A DNA stretch of 63,998 nt, filler included, from Asterionella formosa (lineage: Eukaryota), in assembly GCA_002256025.1 (NCBI GenBank). It is 7 parts of 7 records of this genome, joined end to end, with 100 filler letters (N's around TTAATTAATTAA, not from the genome) between each part and the next. Parts side by side here need not be neighbours in the genome. Positions count along the whole stretch, not along the records: positions 27,569 to 36,641 come from NKIB01011192.1; positions 36,742 to 45,813 come from NKIB01011193.1; positions 45,914 to 54,982 come from NKIB01011202.1; 4 more parts are not named here. The stretch is one strand, 5' to 3'. Numbering within the stretch: the stretch's first letter is position 1; every line of letters begins with the position of its first letter. The notes beneath the pieces are model-generated. The model searched no databases. It had not been told where the DNA came from and worked only from the letters and a program-made list of their open reading frames with translations. Shown here one piece after another: positions 35,901-48,464 of the stretch. A program made the position numbers and the translations under genes.

Positions 35901-37114
35901 GGTGGAGGCGAAGGTGGAGAAGCAAACAAGCAATCAATCAAAAAGTTCTCGCTTGGCTGACATCTGTCATAGTAGTAATACCAAACCAATAGCCTGATGT
36001 AAGCAGAACACTAATTAGTGACGAACGTAAATAATTCCTAAATTAATATATATCAAGAAACCATCATCAAAACAAATGAAGGTAAGATTATTGACACAAA
36101 AACTGAAATAATATTTGAGTAAAGGGCAAACGCATTATTATTTAAGGTTAAAAAAATGAAAACAATTAATAATAAATGGGTAGATGTTGCAAAGGACAGA
36201 TAATATTGTGGCAGGAAACAGCTTTCGAGTCAACAATAGGGTAATCGAAACCAGAATTTGAATATAAAATTGTCTTCAGGTACGTAGTAAAAAATATGTA
36301 TTGATAGTCATACAAAACGACCAACAATTACATGAATGTTTGAGGGATGCAGTTCATGAACAATGACCTTCTCAATGGCGGTCACAATTTCAATATCCCA
36401 ATATGCACAATTGTCCATTTCATTACAATTGTCCCTGTACTGATTCTCTGACAATTTAAGGGAATACTCATTCCTGCAATATTGACGTACTTCTGAGGGG
36501 GAGCGAGAGTATATATTGTAGTAAAGCTTATGTGACTCCAAGCCCAACGGAAGTGGGATCCGGAAAAGCGAATCAAATACTTAGCAATTCACGCAGAATG
36601 GGCAGGTGAAACACTTTAAAGGTGATCGTTGAAACATTCCANNNNNNNNNNNNNNNNNNNNNNNNNNNNNNNNNNNNNNNNNNNNTTAATTAATTAANNN
36701 NNNNNNNNNNNNNNNNNNNNNNNNNNNNNNNNNNNNNNNNNCTAGAAATCTACGCGAATTATGTATATGGACTACTATAGTCAATTGTATTTGTACATGT
36801 ATTTGTTGTAGTCACGTGATCATTTTCGTATTCTATTGCCTAGTACGTGCTGGTCGAGTGATAGTAGAATGTACCGGTAGTGACAGCCAAAGCCAAAGTA
36901 TTTGCACAGCTACCGGTAGTATATGTCGTAGTCACGTGATCATTTTCGTATTCTTTTGCCTAGTACCTTGTCATCAATTCCCGGACCAGGTACCAGGGTA
37001 CCAGGTACCTGTAATTAGATACCGGGTATGTCTCTATGCACATGACTCAATCTGTTCAATTCTCGACTCAGTGGTTTTCGTTCTTTGGTGTTGTGCCTTA
37101 ACGTAACCACACAC

Positions 37115-37442
37115 GGCCGCTATTATGATTGTATTGTGCTTCTTTGATGCACACCATAATAATTTTTGTGTATATTACGTATATGTCAATAAAAGTACTG
37201 CCCTGCAGGCGTATTTTCGGTTATTTTATCAGTCACAACGGAAATGATACCCGCGTGAAAACGTCAGTATCACTGATACCGTTTTTGAAGGGGGCAAAAA
37301 AAGGTATCAATTTTGTATCAATGATACAAAATTGATACCATCAAGTTACCGTTGCTGATACCGTCTTTTGATACCAACCGTCATTTTTTGCCCACAACCC
37401 GGAAATGATACAGCAAATTCGGAATGATAAGAACGACCCTAA
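37115..37442. mobile_element. MITE-like relic related to the 1-124 and 41586-42504 elements
   Basis: Right end ATGATAAGAACGACCC-TAA, internal TGATAC motifs, and a weak left TIR CGGCCGCTATTATGATT. Confidence 0.4.
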
Positions 37443-39276
37443 TACATGTGGTTCAAGTATGGATGGCGTAATTTTACAAGACCGACATGCTGCAGCTGAT
37501 CAGGGGCAGGTGAGTAAATTCAATTCAACCAATCAGAATATGTGTAATGATGCGGGAACTTACCCTGGAGTCTTTTCGGACAGAGAATTATTCAGCAAAA
37601 CATACCTACGCAAGACTCTAAGTCTACGAGAACGTTTTTGCACGTACTAATTCCGATTCCAATATTTTAGCGAGCGACTGTTGAAAAAACCGATCGGGTC
37701 GACTTTTTGGAAGAGGATTGCTCTACATCTACGGAGGTTTCATGACGATTAAAATAGATAGCAGCCGTGTACCCTATAACGTCAGGAGTTAACTTCTGGA
37801 GAGAAGTGGGAGTTATGTATCGTAGATTTTTTGAAAAGCTTCGTAGCCCCTTTTTTTGACTATTTTTGCGTTAGTTACGAATCTATGATACATAACTGCC
37901 ACTTCTCTCCAGAGATGGGGTCCTTACCATATCTGTATATAGATCATACCCCTAAGTCGCGAAATGACAGTATCTAAGCATATGCAAAGTGGTCGTAATG
38001 GTGAAAACTAATTTTACCTTTAACTATTTTATTTACTTGTACGTGATGTGTGGATTGAGGTACATCATAAAAAATTTTGGGAAAGAACGAACCTCGCAAT
38101 TTGTAACTGCGGGGCCGTAACCTTAAGTACCGGGTACCTGGTACGTACTTCGAGTACCACCAAAAAACTGAGTGTCAATTTTTGAAAAAATTTGAACTGA
38201 AAGTCAACGTTAAAACGAGTAAATTCAGTAAATTCATGTTTTGGACGAAATATGCTAGATGCGAACATAATTATTCAGGCAATGTTGTAGCGATTTATAT
38301 ACTAACCAATAATAATCGTGCTTTGAACATGTCAATTAGGTTGTGTTACTTCCGTATTTAGTCCTTGCAGTTGACGAGAAATGGAATTAAAAAGATAAAT
38401 AAGTTTTTTATTNNNNNNNNNNNNNNNNNNNNNNNNNNNNNNNNNNNNNNNNNNNNNNNNNNNNNNNNNNNNNNNNNNNNNNNNNNNNNNNNNNNNNNNN
38501 NNNNNNNNNNNNNNNNNNNNNNNNNNNNNNNNNNNNNNNNNNNNNNNNNNNNNNNNNNNNNNNNNNNNNNNNNNNNNNNNNNNNNNNNNNNNNNNNNNNN
38601 NNNNNNNNNNNNNNNNNNNNNNNNNNNNNNNNNNNNNNNNNNNNNNNNNNNNNNNNNNNNNNNNNNNNNNNNNNNNNNNNNNNNNNNNNNNNNNNNNNNN
38701 NNNNNNNNNNNNNNNNNNNNNNNNNNNNNNNNNNNNNNNNNNNNNNNNNNNNNNNNNNNNNNNNNNNNNNNNNNNNNNNNNNNNNNNNNNNNNNNNNNNN
38801 NNNNNNNNNNNNNNNNNNNNNNNNNNNNNNNNNNNNNNNNNNNNNNNNNNNNNNNNNNNNNNNNNNNNNNNNNNNNNNNNNNNNNNNNNNNNNNNNNNNN
38901 NNNNNNNNNNNNNNNNNNNNNNNNNNNNNNNNNNNNNNNNNNNNNNNNNNNNNNNNNNNNNNNNNNNNNNNNNNNNNNNNNNNNNNNNNNNNNNNNNNNN
39001 NNNNNNNNNNNNNNNNNNNNNNNNNNNNNNNNNNNNNNNACAATAGAATTTTACGATTCCCCTGAATTCTCAATGGAGTCAAATTGGGAGGAAAATAGAG
39101 GATTAGCATACAATTTTCAGTCTGAAAAGACAAAATGTGTTGTAAGTGCCCTGGTACCAGGGTATCTTCGAGTTTGCACATGTAAAGTGCTTCATGTGAC
39201 GTCATTTTCATAAGAAGTGTTAAGTTTAGAAATCATCAAATGCCACTTCAAAAATGCACGAAGAAACAAATATATG

Positions 39277-39557
39277 CATGAAAATGATTGCACGAGAAGC
39301 AAACAAACATCGAAAAATTCGACATGATGTTTAAAAGCAACCAAAGACTGAAACGTAAATCGAAAGGTAAGACTTGACAATGACGAGCAGGGAGCATGAT
39401 AAATAGTGAAAGAGAGCATGAAAAATGATTGCACGAGAAGCAAACAAACAACGAAAAATTCGTCATGATGTTTTAAAGCAACCAAAGACTGAAACGGAAA
39501 TCGAAAGGTAAGACTTGACAATGACGAGCAGGGAGCATAATAAATAGTGAAAGAGAG
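39277..39557 (+). repeat. 140-bp tandem duplication
   Basis: CATGAAAATGATTGCACGAGAAGC...GTGAAAGAGAG at 39277 and 39417, near identical. Confidence 0.9.
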
Positions 39558-40639
39558 AATGGGTTAGTAGAAAATTCGTGTGAAAACTTGTCATCGCATG
39601 TTCAGTAACAATTGTCAACTGACGCTTGCTAGGTTGTTCCTGTCATAACGAAATCTATGAAATGTTCAAATCGGGCCTGGAGGAGCAGAAATCAATGCAT
39701 AAATCGATTTGGAGTGATTGGGTGTTGGAATGATTTTGACTTGTGGTGGCGGAGGTGTTGGAGTAGCAACAGCTTACTAAAAAGTGGAGGTTTGGTGGTT
39801 GGGGTGGTGCAAACTGCAGGTAGTATCATCTGGCATTACTAGGAGGAGCAGGATTTGTCGAAAAATTTACTGGCTGATTTGGGCAGTGCTGGTGGCTTGG
39901 TTATTCTAGGATTGCAGGGTTGAGTAAGATGATAGGATGAAATGGATTGAAATCTTGTTGGGTGCTGGCGGAGATGTGTTGCTGACATTGTTCGCATCTG
40001 GAGAATTTGCAATTGTGGCTGGTGTTTCGATGAAAGTGGCTTGCTAGGATTGGAAAAAAGAAAGGAATGGTGTAAGTGTGGATAGATTATACCTTGACAT
40101 AAACAACAACAATCAACTGGCAACATACCTCACCTCATTGTACAAGCTTGTTCGACCAGTGATTAGTGAATTATTGGCAGCATCAGGACTAGGAGGAGTA
40201 GCAACACGATGGAGTGCTTTCATCAAAGTTCTAAAGAGAAAGAAATTTTTATTACAATTAGTATGATTGAACATGGCGGGAACAAGTCAAACATGAAAAC
40301 AACAATCAACAAGCAAATACCTGTCCACTCTTGCTTGTGAGTTACGAGTTAATGCAGAACACATAATGTCCTGGCTACTCTGATCAGTTCGAGATAGATC
40401 ATTGGGATTGATGACTTTTCGTTGTCATTGTAGATGATAATATAAAATGAACAAAAATGACATTGTGATTAGAAGACAATGTAACACTACACCAACAAAT
40501 GAGCACTAAAACTTGCTGCCAAGATCTGATTTGAGATAGTAGTGTAGGACATGTAGAATATACTAGAGAATTATATATAAAAATTAACGGTTGATCATCA
40601 TATCTGACGAACGCTTTGGTTGTACTGATAAATCACAGA

Positions 40640-40870
40640 GTCCAAAAGGTCATACCCCTGCTCCTCCAAGAAATAATGTTTTCATAGTATCTGAGGCATT
40701 GCATCATTAACGCCCACAACTTCACTCTCTGTGGAGGCCTTTGTTTTGATTCTCTCCTGCCTAGTTGATGTACTGTAGAGTTCCCCTTTACACAGGGTCA
40801 AGGCTGCTCCGGTGTGGCTTTTCACGTCTGGATGCACTGCAAATGATGCATCAACCCACCACTAACTAAC
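40640..40870 (-). mobile_element. Ty1/Copia RNase H relic
   Basis: The minus frame reads WVDASFAVHPDVKSHTG...STESEVVGVNDAMPQIL*..FLEEQGY. Confidence 0.8.
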
Positions 40871-41585
40871 CCGCACATCTCATTAGGTGTCAGTCCGCCA
40901 GTTTCTCCAGGAATCAATTGTGGCGTGCGGTTTTTTATCGAGCTCTCAATGGCCCGGGTTCATGTACATATGTGCCTCAAAAGATCCAGCAAGGATAGAA
41001 CAAGGAGAGATGGAATGCACCAATTCCTCGAACCATTTGTACTCCCCTATTTCTATAGGCAAGTTTTCATTGTGCTACCTGCCAACAAGACCTATGCTTC
41101 CCTATTTTTGTTAGCATAGGTGAGTACCCAACCACCTTTCGAGAAAGGTGATAGTCTTAGCCGCAGAGTTAGTAGGGGAAATCCGACCGCCTAGGAAGGC
41201 GACACAAGTTCAGGTTGTAGGGGGAAAACCCACTTGTTCTTGCACACCAGGCAAGAGCATGCAGGATGGTAAGGATTAAAAAATTGCGGAAATCGAATCA
41301 CATAACCTCAGATCAAAGGCAACGTGCTAACCCACTAACCCATTTCCTTATAACATATATTATTTACATCATTCGGTTCGAAATAATTTTTTAATTGGAG
41401 GTGCTGGCGTGTTCTCTGGAGAATTATCGGAGCTTGTGCTTCATGATTGGCCAAGACATAAAGTTTTGTTGCAACTATACCGGATCAGAGGGAGTACATA
41501 TTATGCATCCTGTTCTTTGCCTGCTGCTGCTCGACGCATACAGTTACAGTAGGAGTACCTGGTACCACTTAAAAACTGTATAAAA

Positions 41586-42504
41586 GGGCCATTTCTTATC
41601 AGTCGTCATCGGGTATCACTTCATTTGAAAATATTTGAAAATGTATCAGTAATGGTAACTCGATTTGAACAGAATTTCATCCATTATCCACATAAAATTT
41701 TATTACCGATTTGAATTATTGTCTATCGTGATCTAACATGGATCTTCAATGGCGACAGGCCAGAGACATACATCTAAATATATAAAAGCATTAAGAATAT
41801 CCATATACATAACAGCCGGAAATAAAAAACATCATGTCACGTAGTTTGTGTATACATGCTACTTGGAGACTCAACAACATTTTGATCCCAATGCATAGAC
41901 CATGTTGATAACTGGCCATTTATCCATCGAAATGACAAACGAGACGCTGCGCCCCCTTTGAGGTCGAATGTATCATTGTATGAACGATGCAATTGAAAAA
42001 TGAGTATACAAATACCTTTAAAAATTTCATCAATACTCGTCAATTTATATAAATGCAGATGAATCTATTGATTTCTTCCAGCAACGATTAAAGATATGAC
42101 TAATAATACGACTAAAACGATACTATTAAATGACATAGGGGCCAGCAAAAGTGGTGTGAGGGTAGAATTTGAATTAGAGACACCATTTAATTGCAGTAGT
42201 GGTGTCAACGTTTTCATGTTGGGCTGTGATGCTGATGCTGATGCTAATTTTCAACCACCAATAAAAGTGGAAATATTTTAGTGTGATGCTGGCGTGTATA
42301 CAGTTAGTTTATCATTGACAACAGCTATGATACACAGCAATCAATGGCTGTATCGCTGATACAGCATAGATCAGGAATTCAAACAGTGCATTAGTGATAC
42401 ACCTATGATACACTGGTGATCAGGCCTAAAATCCCGTTGGTGATAGAAACCGCTATTTTCGAAACAAAACCCGACGACTGATGACAAAATGATAAGAGTG
42501 GCCC
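41586..42504. mobile_element. Non-autonomous PIF/Harbinger-like element (~920 bp)
   Basis: Imperfect TIRs GGGCCATTTCTTATCA / TGATAAGAGTGGCCC, followed by TAA on the right. Shared TCAGTCGTC subterminal motif. Confidence 0.55.
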
Positions 42505-43825
42505 TAAGACACCACTACGACGACTTCTGAACTGCATGGCCACCGCTTAACGGAGTAAAGACACGGATTGACATTAGTTTGCAAGATACGCAAATTGTTT
42601 TTACGAAAGAGTTGTTCAGATTTATTTAGACATTTTTTACTTACCGGTACATACTTGTATTTCCGCATTTTGTAGCTTGTTAATTATTTATTACGTCCCA
42701 TCCCAACGATTGCCATCGAGGCGAAATTGCGAAAAATGGATATTTTCACGTTTACTCTATTCAGTTGGCATCGCCTTTTCCATACATACCTGTCCCGGTA
42801 AGTAAATCTGATTTGTACTGCCTTATTATGTATGTATGTTGATGATTACATATCTTGTCTTGACCATGATGGTGAACTTATTGGAACACATTTCTCATCG
42901 AAAATTGACAATAAACTATTGCTATTTCGATCATGTATATCTAGTGTAACATAGTAGATGAGGAATTCATTCATTATTAAAAATTTGCAGTAGTGTTGAC
43001 AACAAAAATGGAAATTGCCACAAGAATTTGTTTTCGTTGTCGCTTTCTCAGTTTTGAGGATTCGAACAAAAGAGAGACATCGTTGCGTCTGCGGTGACTA
43101 GCTTAATAATTGTTATTAGAAAATTATTTCATTCTTCTCTACAAATAAATGGGAAAGCTTGAGCGATAGAAATCTCGGAGAGGGTGGCAACATCTCATAA
43201 TACAAGAAAATACCTCAATGCATATTTTGGAACTGACTATCATGTACATACTAATAGTTGTGGTTAATGTTTCTATGGAATCGTGAGCAGGTTATTTTGA
43301 AGTTCAATAAAGAGGGTTCCAAAATTTGATCTGTGTTGCTTTGCTACTTCAGCCAAGGAAATCACCAAAAAGCAGTATTGAATCAGTTTCTTTGTTAATA
43401 CTTTTTTGTTTTCCTTTCCTTAAATGCAGGGCTGAACGAATTGATTCTATACAGATTATTGCAACATGAGTTCTGTTCAATGATGAATGCATCAACTAGC
43501 TAGTGTGAAATTATAGGGTACTGACTGTATTTTACTCACACACAGAAGCCAAAGTTGGAGAGTTGTGATGAAGAAAAGGATGAGACTGCTTGGAAAGAAA
43601 AGTAAAGTGCATAATGGCTGCATTATGACTGCGTTATAGATTCAGTTGTTTTTATTTTTAAAATGTTACTATGAATAGTAGAAAGTCTGCAAGCTTGAAT
43701 GATAACATTGATGCAGATCCAGCTGTTTTGTTTGATGCTCATATAACTGTATCTGTAATTCAGCAGTCAACAACATGAAATGTGGAGGCAAAATAATTGA
43801 TTCTGGAGGTTGAGCGATTTAGTAC

Positions 43826-45526
43826 TCAAAGATCAGCATCAAATCCATCGGTTTCGTCATGGCTGTCATATTCGCTCAAATCACTCTCAACTGGATCGTC
43901 TTCAACAATGGCGTCATCCAACTCGGCTTCGAATGTTCCTGCATGGTAGAACGTACCCCATTCCCCGGCATCCTGCATGCCCCCCAGAAGATTCTGTGGA
44001 GAGTGTGATTGAGAAATCTGCTGTGAAATCTGCTGTGTATTGTGTCGTTGAGTGTATTCGATCAGAGCGCGTCGATATTCAGCACTAAATGGTGTAGGCC
44101 CAACAGATTGTCTTGCGTTGATCAAGTCCTGCAACACCAATGGTCGATATCCTTGTTTTTGTTTCTGATACCTTGCCTCACGGAGAGGCCCTGATTGAAC
44201 CGCAGTCTGCATAATCTGAACCAAGTCACTGGGTGAGTACCCCTCGGTGGATCCTACGATTCCATTCAAATCCATGGACTCATGCGGGATTTTCTGGAGG
44301 AGCGCCTGGAGTATCTCCAACCTGGCCGGTGCCATGGGAAGTCCACAGAAGTATGACTGTGGCATACGCCGCAGGACAGCGGCATCCACATCGAAGGGAC
44401 GATTCGTAGCGCCAACTACCAAGATTTCCTGGTTGTGCTTACTCACTCCGTCCCACCACTGCAGAAATTCCGTCTTTGATTCTCGAGAAACGTCATGCTC
44501 GTCTCCTCGCCTCTCTCGAAAGAGCCCATCAAGTTCATCCAGCAACATGATACAAGGACTTAACTTCTCGGCCAGCTTCCACAAGGCCCGAACAAGGATA
44601 TTGGTTTCGCCAACATACTTTCGTAACAGTGTTGATGGCGTAATCATGAGACATGGCATTCGTGCCGTTGTTGCTAGAGCTTGGATCAATAATGACTTTC
44701 CGCATCCTGGCGGGCCGTAGAGCAAAATCCCCGGTGAGCTAGCCCCAAGAACACCAGCGTAGGGGTGTTGATCAGGACAAAAACGCATACTAGAGATTCT
44801 ATTCAGGAGGGCATCTTGGACATTCTCAAGACCTTTGATTTGAGTCCACAGTTGGTGAGGGGTATAAGACGGCGGAGTATACAGACTTATCTGCATCAAT
44901 TGCATCTCTGTCTTTGTCAATCCCAGTAGAATACTCTCCACCGACTTTCCTGAGTCGTTGAAGAGTGGGATTCCAGCTTGTTGTAGCTTGCTTGCAATAC
45001 CGTACGTCGGCGATTCGTTCCATTTGTTGGCTTGCAAGTCTTGAAGTGCTTGTTTAATAGAATTTGAAGCAAGAATTGGGTTTTCATTGCCGCCATTCTG
45101 CTCCAGTTGAAGGTCTTCCAAAACGTCGGTCGCGGCCTTCCACAAGCCCTTGACTAGATACCAGCCCAGCAAGAACTGCAGGCCAGTCAGCGAGAGTTTG
45201 GCCAGATCTGTTGACTGCAGGATCGATGTCAAAGCTGCCGTTGCAATAGAAGAAGTTCGTGATTCTATGTATGGGCTGATCTCGTTGCTAGTAACGGTGT
45301 GTTCGTTGAGTTGTGTGACGGTTTCTGCCATCGAAGTGGTCGTCGCCGCTGCAAGCTCGTCGAGGGGCATGGCGCTCCTGTCTATCTTTCCTTTCGGCCG
45401 TCGTAGTCTTTGAAACCATTTCATAGGTTGTTGAAGCGACGATCTGGGCTCCAAATTGCTTTCTGCTTGCACAAGAAGCACGCCAAGAAGGGCAAGGCGT
45501 ACTGTCGACACCATTATCGTTTGCAT
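43826..45526 (-). CDS. MSP1/ATAD1-like AAA+ ATPase with N-terminal signal-peptide-like leader
   Basis: Walker A GPPGCGKS, pore loop KYVGE, Walker B LLDELDG, SKTEFLQWWDG, and SRH GATNRPFDVDAAVLRRMP. Confidence 0.85.
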   Translation of the reverse strand: MQTIMVSTVRLALLGVLLVQAESNLEPRSSLQQPMKWFQRLRRPKGKIDRSAMPLDELAAATTTSMAETVTQLNEHTVTSNEISPYIESRTSSIATAALTSILQSTDLAKLSLTGLQFLLGWYLVKGLWKAATDVLEDLQLEQNGGNENPILASNSIKQALQDLQANKWNESPTYGIASKLQQAGIPLFNDSGKSVESILLGLTKTEMQLMQISLYTPPSYTPHQLWTQIKGLENVQDALLNRISSMRFCPDQHPYAGVLGASSPGILLYGPPGCGKSLLIQALATTARMPCLMITPSTLLRKYVGETNILVRALWKLAEKLSPCIMLLDELDGLFRERRGDEHDVSRESKTEFLQWWDGVSKHNQEILVVGATNRPFDVDAAVLRRMPQSYFCGLPMAPARLEILQALLQKIPHESMDLNGIVGSTEGYSPSDLVQIMQTAVQSGPLREARYQKQKQGYRPLVLQDLINARQSVGPTPFSAEYRRALIEYTQRHNTQQISQQISQSHSPQNLLGGMQDAGEWGTFYHAGTFEAELDDAIVEDDPVESDLSEYDSHDETDGFDADL

Positions 45527-45914
45527 TGTTCTCTTGAATTGTTTTATTTTTGTCTTTTACCGGTTGTCTATGATTCTATTCTAATACCTGTTTGTACCGG
45601 CAAGATAGGCATCCTGTAATGAACACGGAAGTGTTCAGTGAAAAGTATGCATGATATACTGTAAAGCATTTAAAATGACGATTTTCAATACATATATATG
45701 ACATGATCTATGTAGACTGCCATCTCTTTTATGGTTAATAATAAATAGACTTCCTCGAAGGTCCGGTATTGCACGTTTTATGCGCACCTTTTCAGTTTCG
45801 ACTCACTAAGAACNNNNNNNNNNNNNNNNNNNNNNNNNNNNNNNNNNNNNNNNNNNNTTAATTAATTAANNNNNNNNNNNNNNNNNNNNNNNNNNNNNNN
45901 NNNNNNNNNNNNNC

Positions 45915-46706
45915 TCCGGTGGTAGTCAGCGTTCTCGTGACTACGTTGAGCTCTCAGAAGCAGACAACCACCGTTCCGAAGAGTATAACGTTGGTCGGCC
46001 GCTAATTCGCACTTACCACCACCAACAAACGTTGAACTTACCGAGTGGTGCACCCCAAGCTGCTGACATTTCTACTTTTGATTATGACAATGTTGTGGAA
46101 TTCGAAGATGATTCCTCAATCCATTCAGACATTACTGGTTTGACAGGAGCCTTTGCGACGATCATCATGCAGGAATCAGATTCTTTATCAGACGAACAAG
46201 CCGATGTGGCGCCATTGACGTACCCCAAGTATGATCCAGCCATGTCTAAATTCGCAATGATGAAAGCCATGAACAAGACGGACGTCGCTGCTAGTTACAG
46301 AAAGTTGAAGAATGACAGACCAACTGTTCGCTTCGGCACTGTCCAAATTCGTTCCTTTAATCGAATCTTGGGTGATAACCCGTCCACCACTAGTGGAGCC
46401 CCTATCAGTATCGGTTGGAAGTATAAGCAATATCGTCCACTGCCCGTGAACGAATATGAAGGACGTCGAGGACCTACCCGGCCTTCACAATTATTGGTCT
46501 TGAATCGCGATACTCGAGAAGGCATGCTCCTCGCCTTGGGATACTCTAAATGGGAGATTGCAACGGCTGTTCGATGTAATTTGAAATGCAGAAATAAGCG
46601 ACGGCAGACTGTCCAGAATTTGCGGGCTGAAGTAGTGGAAGAAACGATGGAATATGCCGTCAAGGGCGTAATGCGCTTGTTTGGAAGGAAGAAGGAGATG
46701 AGTTAG
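45915..46706 (+). CDS. Hypothetical stramenopile/diatom-type protein, 5' truncated by gap
   Basis: The frame is open from the gap and contains the recurrent diatom motif VRFGTVQIR...LGDNPS..SGAPISIGW...RE..L...GY. Confidence 0.7.
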   Translation, partial: SGGSQRSRDYVELSEADNHRSEEYNVGRPLIRTYHHQQTLNLPSGAPQAADISTFDYDNVVEFEDDSSIHSDITGLTGAFATIIMQESDSLSDEQADVAPLTYPKYDPAMSKFAMMKAMNKTDVAASYRKLKNDRPTVRFGTVQIRSFNRILGDNPSTTSGAPISIGWKYKQYRPLPVNEYEGRRGPTRPSQLLVLNRDTREGMLLALGYSKWEIATAVRCNLKCRNKRRQTVQNLRAEVVEETMEYAVKGVMRLFGRKKEMS

Positions 46707-47238
46707 CTTATCTTAGATTACGCTGAACGAAGAATATTTATCGCACAGAATAGGCCCTACCGTAAATACCATGCATTGAAACTAGGTGTCCTTTATATTC
46801 ATCCACGATTTCCAATTGGTGGTCGTACGATCACTGTCTCGGTGATAAAACAACCAAGCACGAGCTTACGCACAGTTGATATTGGCACCACAAACGTCAA
46901 TAAAAGAAAAACAATGAGCCTTAATACTTGAAACTAAATTTCTATAATGATTTGCTCCCTAAGCAACATGCCCGATGCGATGATTTTTTAGCAACGAAAG
47001 CGACGTTTCGTGGAAGCATCGAAACAAATAATGAGCTGTTCGAACAAAAGCATTTCCATCGCTCGTGGAAAAATGATATGCTCCAAATGCTTGGCGAAGT
47101 GTCCTGAATTGGCTTGCTCAAGTGATATGAAATTGTTGACATGGAAAAAGCTGCTCCAACAGCCGAATTTAAATATATGGACAAGCTGTAAAAGATGTGT
47201 ATACTTGGTAAGATAGAGGTTGCAGCAATACAAAAGCC

Positions 47239-48464
47239 TCAGTCAATGTCGAGGATATATCGTTCAAGGTGCTTCCAAGTTTCTTTCGTGGCAATCTTTT
47301 TTACCAACAGTCCAATCCGTCGCCTATCCACGTGCGAATAGTAGTCCGAGTAGCTGCCCTTTGCAGAAAATTGGCGAGGAGCTCGAGCTTGAGGGAACTC
47401 CATGAAACGAAGAAGAGACTCTATTGTTTCATCAAAGTGTTCCTCGAAATCTTCGTACAGAAGTACTTTTGTTTCAATCGAGAACTTTTCCGTTAAAGCA
47501 AATGCCAAGTTGTGCCATTGAACAAACTTAAAGACTTCGCCATGGCAGGGAGCTAGCTGAACAGCTTTGAGCAAGTCGTATTCAAACGTTTGGAATTCAT
47601 CAAGTTCGGAGTCTTTGTCATTGTCCGCGCACCATTGCTGAAAGCCTTTTGGATTGTCCGGGTATTTCGTCAACCATTCGTCATTTTTCTTCTGGACGAA
47701 ATTCTTCCTCTCGTGATGAAAGCGAGAAACGATATTGCTGAACGGGTCTCGAATGAGATGAATAGCTTTTTTAACCCATGCCACAGGATACTGAAAGCCT
47801 GTTCTGTGATCTGCTTGTGGTATCCGCGCAGTAGTATTCCGACAAGCAATTGCAAAATTCTCGAGAGTTTGCATATAGCCACTAGGGCTGCATTTCACGC
47901 AACGAGATCCACAGTGCGTCTTTACTAAGACGTACTTTGGAGGCAAGTATCGAATTGTGCCAAGTTCCCCTGAAAGTCCTTCCCAAAAAGGACCTTCCGG
48001 GTGACGAGGGTAAATACTCAATGAATATCTGCCCTTCGCAGTAACTTCAGCGCCATAGTTAGTTGCCGTAGAATAGTTTGAAGCTTCCTCCATCGTTGTC
48101 ATGGTATAGGAAGTTCCGGAATTGGGAAAGCCTGGAATGGCCATGAACCGGAACGAAAGCGCGAAATGAGTTTGACGTTGGAAAAATGGAACGTACACAG
48201 ATCCAACACACGACGATCCTTACTCATCAGCCAAACAATCTGAGGACTAAACTCTCCATCCATTCCTTCCCAGAAACTAAGCATGGGGTCTGATCGAACC
48301 CCCATTAGGGTGTTACCTTGGGCAGCATTGGATCGATTTGTGGAATGGCGATCCAGCTTTGTCGACAGGAAACCCAGAAGGCAAAGAAACAAAACTGTTA
48401 TTACATGTGGGAATTTAATTGAGGGCCTTGAATCCGCCGAGCCTTTCTTCGGAGAAACTGCCAT
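47239..48464 (-). CDS. Type II membrane sulfotransferase-like protein. Exons 48464-48224 and 48131-47239.
   Basis: Splicing the GTAAG..CAG intron at 48132-48223 rebuilds WLMSFPNSGTSYT (5'-PSB). Also VKTHC, HLIRDPFSNIVSRF, YEDF and an N-terminal TM helix. Confidence 0.8.

Noticed and set aside
38365..39213. Long ORFs on both strands
   Set aside because: They consist almost entirely of N-derived X residues.
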